DNA of 39,966 nucleotides, taken from positions 220,048 to 260,013 of the forward strand of contig JAAXWF010000003.1 in the NCBI GenBank assembly GCA_013335095.1. Reading direction: 5' to 3'. Positions 34,915-39,966 of this stretch are shown one piece after another. A model generated the notes under the pieces. That model was not told the origin of the DNA, did no database searches, and saw only the letters and a program-made list of their open reading frames with translations. Source of the stretch: a candidate division WWE3 bacterium. GTDB lineage: Bacteria; Patescibacteriota; 4484-211; GCA-002791395. Position 1 is the stretch's first letter. Each line of letters starts with the position of its first letter. Made by a program: the position numbers and the translations under genes.

Positions 34915-37851
34915 ATGAAAGACCCAGGAACTACGCCACATTTTCCCGACCTAGAAAAAGAAACTCTCCAGTGGTGGGAAAAAGAACATATATTCAGAAA
35001 AACGCTTGAAAAAACAAAGGAAGGAACGCCTTTTATATTCTACGAAGGTCCACCAACTGCCAATGGGAAACCACATATTGGACATGTTCTTGGCCGTTCC
35101 TATAAAGATCTGTTTCCACGTTTTAAAACAATGCAAGGATATCATGTTCCCCGAAAAGCTGGATGGGATAGTCATGGATTACCGGTTGAACTAGAAATAG
35201 AAAAGGAATTGGGCATAACAGGAAAGCAACAGATCGAGGAGTTCGGAATCGAAGAATTTAATAAAAAGTGTCGGGAATCAGTATTTCGCCACATTGAGAT
35301 CTGGCAAAATCTAACAAAGAGAATGGGTTTTTGGGTTGATCTTGATGACGCCTACGTAGTCATGAGCAATAACTACATTGAAAGCTTGTGGTGGGTACTC
35401 AAGAATATGTGGGATCAAAATTTACTTAAAAAGGATTATAAAGTTGCTCCTTATTGTCCCCGTTGTCAAACACCGATATCTTCTCATGAGCTAGCCCAAG
35501 GATATCAAGATAATGTACCCGACCCATCATTATTTGTGTTATTTGAAATAAACCAAGAAATACCTGACATTCCGGCAGGGTTACCGGTTTATTTTCTTGC
35601 TTGGACAACAACGCCTTGGACGCTTCTTGGAAACGTAGCACTCGCCGTAGATCCCGAAGCAAATTATGTAGCGGTTAAGACCTTACACCCTACAACAAAT
35701 ACCGAGATCATCGCGATAGTTGCCCAACCACGTTTATCAGTACTTTCACACACGTATGAGGTTGTGAAACATTTTACCGGTTCTGAACTCGTGAGCATAA
35801 CATACAAACCCCTATTCGATTACATAAAATATGAACAGAAAGCACACTACGTTGTTCCAGCTGATTTTGTCTCAATGGAAGATGGGTCGGGAATAGTTCA
35901 TACGGCGGTTATGTACGGCGAAGATGACTTTGAACTGGGTAAAAAGTTTAACTTGCCACGTCAGCATGCGGTTAAATCCGATGGTACGTACACCGAAGAA
36001 TGTGGTGAATTTGCTGGCAGACCGGTGCTTAAAGCTAATAATGATATCGTTTCCCAGCTTACTGAAAAAGGAAATATCTATAAACATGAAACAATTCATC
36101 ATACCTATCCGTTCTGCTGGCGATGTAAAAACAAATTAATTTATTACGCACTAGATTCGTGGTTTATTGCAACATCAGAGAAAAAAGATCAGCTAATTGC
36201 AAATAATGAACAGATCAATTGGTATCCTGAGCATATCCGCGATGGGCGAATGGGTGACTGGCTGCGTAACATTAAAGACTGGTCTTTATCTCGCTGGCGT
36301 TATTGGGGTACTCCATTACCGATTTGGAAATGCCAACAATGCAACCATGAAACTCTGATTGGGTCGTTTGACGAGTTGCAAAAGCGCTCCGATCAACCCA
36401 TTGATATAGAATCATTTGACCCGCATCGACCGTACATCGATCGGATTACACTAACCTGTGATACGTGTGGCAGTCAGATGAAGCGGTATGAAGATGTTCT
36501 CGATACCTGGTTTGACTCTGGTGGGATGCCGTATGCCCAGCTTCACTTTCCGTTTGAAAATACCGACGAATTCAATGCTCGGTTCCCGGCCGACTTCATC
36601 TGTGAAGGGCTCGATCAGACACGTGGCTGGTTTTATACATTAATAGCCGAGGCAACCATGCTGGATAAAGGAATTCCTTCAAAGAATATTTTATGCCATG
36701 AAATGGTGCTTGATAGTAACGGTAGAAAGATGAGCAAATCAGTTGGTAATGTTATCGATCCATTTGAAACGTTTGAAGAGTTTGGCGCAGACATCATTCG
36801 TTGGTACTTTTACTCAAGTAGCCAGATTGGAAAACCATACCGCTTGGGCAAAAAAGAGCTTCAAGAAGTAAAACAACGGTTTATTAATATCCTGTGGAAT
36901 TCATATCGATTCTTTGCGACAAACGCATTACTTGATAATTGGACTCCACAAAACGAAGAGGATTCGGAATCGTCACATCTTCTTGATCAATGGATTCTGG
37001 CTCGACTGAATGAAACAGTACATACAGTAACCGAAAGCCTTGAACAGTATGATGCATATACTTCGAGCAGGGCTATCAGCGAATTTGTTGTAGCCGACCT
37101 ATCTCAATGGTATATAAGACGATCGAGAGACCGAGTCGGACCAAGTGCTACGAATCTCGAGGATAAAAATGCGTTTTATCAAACAATTTATACCGTGTTT
37201 ATGACATTATCCAAGATCATGGCTCCATTTACGCCATTTCTAGCCGATGTGATGTATCGGAATTTACGTACAGAGTCGGATCCAATATCAGTACATTTAT
37301 CCGATTGGCCAAAAGAAACCACTAATCAGGATTCTCAAAACATTATTGACGGAATGAGCATGGTTCGAGCTGTTGCGGAAAGGATTCATGCAATTCGCAA
37401 AGAGGCTAACATAAAGGTACGCCAACCACTGGCAGAGGCCCGAATCTCAACGAATTATGTTTTTGCTCCTAAAGAAAAATTTGTTTCTATTTTATCGGAT
37501 GAAGTTAATATTCGTCAGATAACGATAATACCTTTAGATACTGATGAACTTGATGTTCAGGTCGATACCGAAATTACTGATCAACTTAAACAAGAGGGCT
37601 TAGCCCGAGACCTGATTCGAAGCGTACAGGAGCTTCGACGAGATGCCGGATACGCATTAAATCAACGCATTGTGGTATATGTCGAAAATCCGTCCGAATA
37701 CATTAAATCCATGCTCTTAGAAACCAGCGCAGTCATACAAGACAAACTTTTAGCCGATCGAATAGAACAAGCACCAGCGTCATCATATAATGCAAAGGCA
37801 GAAGTAACCTTGGATGGACAGGCTATTATCGTCGGTGTTCAAGCGGTTTGA
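34915..37851 (+). CDS. ileS: Isoleucine--tRNA ligase, type 2
   Basis: EGPPTANGKPHIGH, WTTTPWTL, DWSLSR.RYWGTPLP, KMSKS; C-terminal EGLARDLIRSVQELRR without zinc finger. Confidence 0.97.
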   Translation: MKDPGTTPHFPDLEKETLQWWEKEHIFRKTLEKTKEGTPFIFYEGPPTANGKPHIGHVLGRSYKDLFPRFKTMQGYHVPRKAGWDSHGLPVELEIEKELGITGKQQIEEFGIEEFNKKCRESVFRHIEIWQNLTKRMGFWVDLDDAYVVMSNNYIESLWWVLKNMWDQNLLKKDYKVAPYCPRCQTPISSHELAQGYQDNVPDPSLFVLFEINQEIPDIPAGLPVYFLAWTTTPWTLLGNVALAVDPEANYVAVKTLHPTTNTEIIAIVAQPRLSVLSHTYEVVKHFTGSELVSITYKPLFDYIKYEQKAHYVVPADFVSMEDGSGIVHTAVMYGEDDFELGKKFNLPRQHAVKSDGTYTEECGEFAGRPVLKANNDIVSQLTEKGNIYKHETIHHTYPFCWRCKNKLIYYALDSWFIATSEKKDQLIANNEQINWYPEHIRDGRMGDWLRNIKDWSLSRWRYWGTPLPIWKCQQCNHETLIGSFDELQKRSDQPIDIESFDPHRPYIDRITLTCDTCGSQMKRYEDVLDTWFDSGGMPYAQLHFPFENTDEFNARFPADFICEGLDQTRGWFYTLIAEATMLDKGIPSKNILCHEMVLDSNGRKMSKSVGNVIDPFETFEEFGADIIRWYFYSSSQIGKPYRLGKKELQEVKQRFINILWNSYRFFATNALLDNWTPQNEEDSESSHLLDQWILARLNETVHTVTESLEQYDAYTSSRAISEFVVADLSQWYIRRSRDRVGPSATNLEDKNAFYQTIYTVFMTLSKIMAPFTPFLADVMYRNLRTESDPISVHLSDWPKETTNQDSQNIIDGMSMVRAVAERIHAIRKEANIKVRQPLAEARISTNYVFAPKEKFVSILSDEVNIRQITIIPLDTDELDVQVDTEITDQLKQEGLARDLIRSVQELRRDAGYALNQRIVVYVENPSEYIKSMLLETSAVIQDKLLADRIEQAPASSYNAKAEVTLDGQAIIVGVQAV

Positions 37852-38932
37852 TCCAATTCTACTCGGAGCATGCATCGCCTTAATCCTCATCGGCTTATCA
37901 ACAATCCAGAGTACTGTAATTGCCGGTTCGGCTCGAAATCCAGTACTTACATTTAATCTCATTAATATTCAAATACTTTCTATCAGTATCGGCGTATTAA
38001 TTTTATTTTTCTTAACCGTAATTAATTATCGATACCTCATGTACATCGCGATTCCCTTGTATGGAGTTATTAATGCGGTTTTAATCGCCGTATTATTGTT
38101 TGCATCTGCTACCCGCGGAACGAAAGGGTGGTTTGAAATAGGCGGCGTAAATATTCAGCCATCGAGCTTAGCCACGGTCGGGCTTATTATCTGTTTTGCG
38201 GCATTTTTTATCTGGATAAAGGATAGAATCAATAATCCCTTTTATATTCTACTCGCCGCCCTCATGGCGATCATTCCGGCAGGATTAATCTTGGTTGAAC
38301 CAGACATTGGTAACGCCAGTGTGGTGATGGGAGTATGGGTAATAATGCTCCATATGACCCCTATAAAGGCAAATCGGTTAATACCATTATATTTCATCGC
38401 ATTAGTATGTATGCCTCTGGCATGGATTAATCTGGCTCAGTATCAGAAGGACCGCATTTTTACATTTATGAACCCAAGTCTAGACCCATTAGGATCAGGT
38501 TATAACGTTACCCAATCGATAATTGCAGTAGGATCAGGACAAATGGGTGGGCGAGGGTGGGGCAGAGGAACTCAAAGCCATCTCCAGTTTCTACCAGAAC
38601 AACATACAGACTTCATCTTTGCCACATTTGCCGAGGAGCAAGGCTTTCTTGGGGTATTAGTAATTTTGTTCTTATATGGCCTGCTATGCTGGCGAATATT
38701 GGTTGTTACCCAACGTAGCGGAGATTATTTCGGTCAGCTTATTTGTCTTGGCAGTTTAGCCTGGTTTTCGATTCATGTTTTGGTGAATGTTGGAATGAAT
38801 ATTGGCATAGCACCGGTAACAGGAATACCGCTACCATTAGTAAGCTATGGTGGTACGGCCATGCTTACGGCTTTAATCGCAATTGGCTTCGTTCAGTCGG
38901 TCTCTGTCCACCCCGAAAGCGATGCTCATTAA
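37814..38932 (+). CDS. rodA: Rod shape-determining protein RodA (SEDS family)
   Basis: DPLGSGYNVTQSIIAVGSG, FLPEQHTDFIFA, PVTGIPLPLVSYGG. Confidence 0.9.
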   Translation: MDRLLSSVFKRFDPILLGACIALILIGLSTIQSTVIAGSARNPVLTFNLINIQILSISIGVLILFFLTVINYRYLMYIAIPLYGVINAVLIAVLLFASATRGTKGWFEIGGVNIQPSSLATVGLIICFAAFFIWIKDRINNPFYILLAALMAIIPAGLILVEPDIGNASVVMGVWVIMLHMTPIKANRLIPLYFIALVCMPLAWINLAQYQKDRIFTFMNPSLDPLGSGYNVTQSIIAVGSGQMGGRGWGRGTQSHLQFLPEQHTDFIFATFAEEQGFLGVLVILFLYGLLCWRILVVTQRSGDYFGQLICLGSLAWFSIHVLVNVGMNIGIAPVTGIPLPLVSYGGTAMLTALIAIGFVQSVSVHPESDAH

Positions 38933-38976
38933 CCCACTTGTTCAGACCTTGTCTTACATGGTAAAATACCAGCGTT

Positions 38977-39321
38977 ATGATGTACGCCGTTATTGAAACA
39001 GGTAGCAAACAATATATGGTCACCCCAGGTATGAAACTTTTCGTAGAAAAGCTTGATGCCCAAGCTGGCGAAACTGTAGTTTTCGATAAGATCGCTTTAT
39101 TGGTAAACGATAGTGAAGTACAAATAGGTTCTCCCTATGTAAAAACAACGATCGAAGCTGAAGTTGTCAGCCAAATTAAAGACCCTAAAAAGTCAGGTTT
39201 ACGATATGAGGGCGGTAGTTATCGTCGTCGATTTGGCCATCGTCAACCTAAAACAGTTGTCATGATCAAAGAGTTTACCAATAAACCTAAAAAAGCTTTG
39301 AAAGGAGAAGAACAAGCATAA
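38977..39321 (+). CDS. rplU: 50S ribosomal protein L21
   Basis: MYAVIETGSKQY, GHRQPKT. Confidence 0.96.
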   Translation: MMYAVIETGSKQYMVTPGMKLFVEKLDAQAGETVVFDKIALLVNDSEVQIGSPYVKTTIEAEVVSQIKDPKKSGLRYEGGSYRRRFGHRQPKTVVMIKEFTNKPKKALKGEEQA

Positions 39322-39324
39322 TAT

Positions 39325-39621
39325 ATGGCAAAGAAAAAGCAGGCCGGATCAACAGCAGGACAGGGAAAACGATCAAAAGGACATATCGGATTGGGTGTTA
39401 AAAAGCACCAGGGTTCACACGTTGTTGCTGGTAATATCATATTACGCCAACGTGGTACTCAAATTTATCCAGGCACTAACGTTGGTATGGGTCGAGATCA
39501 TACCTTATTTGCTATGGCCGAAGGATTCATTAATTATGGTCAACGCCGAGGTCGAAAATATGCTCATGTTCTTGATCAAATGTCGGTGAACTCACCATCT
39601 GAAGAATCAGATCAAGCCTAA
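39325..39621 (+). CDS. rpmA: 50S ribosomal protein L27
   Basis: LGVKK...[10 protein letters not shown]...[15 protein letters not shown]; directly follows rplU. Confidence 0.96.
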   Translation: MAKKKQAGSTAGQGKRSKGHIGLGVKKHQGSHVVAGNIILRQRGTQIYPGTNVGMGRDHTLFAMAEGFINYGQRRGRKYAHVLDQMSVNSPSEESDQA

Positions 39622-39677
39622 TTCCATTTATTAACAATTGATTTTTTTTCACCATACACTTAGTCTATTATCTGTAT

Positions 39678-39966
39678 ATGATACGTTTTGAATTTCGAAA
39701 TCTTGATATTTCATCGATTCTACCGAATCCATTTCGTCCAAGATTTGATATTAATCGCCAAGAGCTGATCAATTTAGCTGACTCGATCCGACAATATGGG
39801 ATCATCGAACCAATAATCGTGGTAAAGTCGTCAGCAGGATACCAAATACTATCTGGTGAGCGACGATGGAAAGCCGCAAAATTAGCCGGATTAACCGAAA
39901 TTCCGGCAATGATAGGTGAAATTGGTAAAACCGATGCTGAAATCATCTTTTTAGAGCTTTTACGTA
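39678..39966 (+). CDS. ParB/RepB/Spo0J family protein, N-terminus (truncated by window end; absent from the ORF track)
   Basis: Manual translation: ILPNPFRPR...LADSIRQYGIIEPIIV...YQILSGERRWKAAKLAGLTEIPA. Confidence 0.92.
   Translation, partial: MIRFEFRNLDISSILPNPFRPRFDINRQELINLADSIRQYGIIEPIIVVKSSAGYQILSGERRWKAAKLAGLTEIPAMIGEIGKTDAEIIFLELLR

Noticed and set aside
39668-39946. 92-aa minus-strand ORF
   Set aside because: Antisense to a clear ParB-family N-terminus on the + strand.

Overview
Bacterial chromosomal window (code 11). Its gene content suggests a CPR/Patescibacteria genome; this is an inference from the GT-C membrane proteins, non-discriminating AspRS, type-2 IleRS and mostly SD-less housekeeping genes. 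1-7.6 kb is an AT-rich surface-glycosylation cluster: FkbM methyltransferase, GT2, two GT4 and a 1219-aa membrane protein with two carbohydrate-binding repeats. 23-40 kb is ordinary envelope and housekeeping DNA: dsbA-like, M48/YgjP, GH13, proS, aspS with a T-box, ileS, rodA, rplU, rpmA and a truncated parB-like gene. The main finding is 7.6-16.3 kb, a GC-richer tandem array of 16 co-oriented, highly diverged small genes. Many share an R-I-x-I-E-R-P-type motif and a helix/beta-meander/helix pattern. Fourteen have their own -10 promoter (13 extended TGn type), eight with a conserved CTATCGG box at the predicted start site. All have a purine-rich SD, and 13 related hairpins, mostly CCGG-based terminators, separate them. 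A divergent winged-helix-like gene heads the array. More self-contained SD-led cassettes, including a catalytically degenerate site-2 protease and Zn-finger proteins, are interleaved with host-like genes to 23 kb. No integrase, transposase, reverse transcriptase, CRISPR array, tRNA or rRNA was seen. All family calls are from motif recognition by eye; no searches were run.
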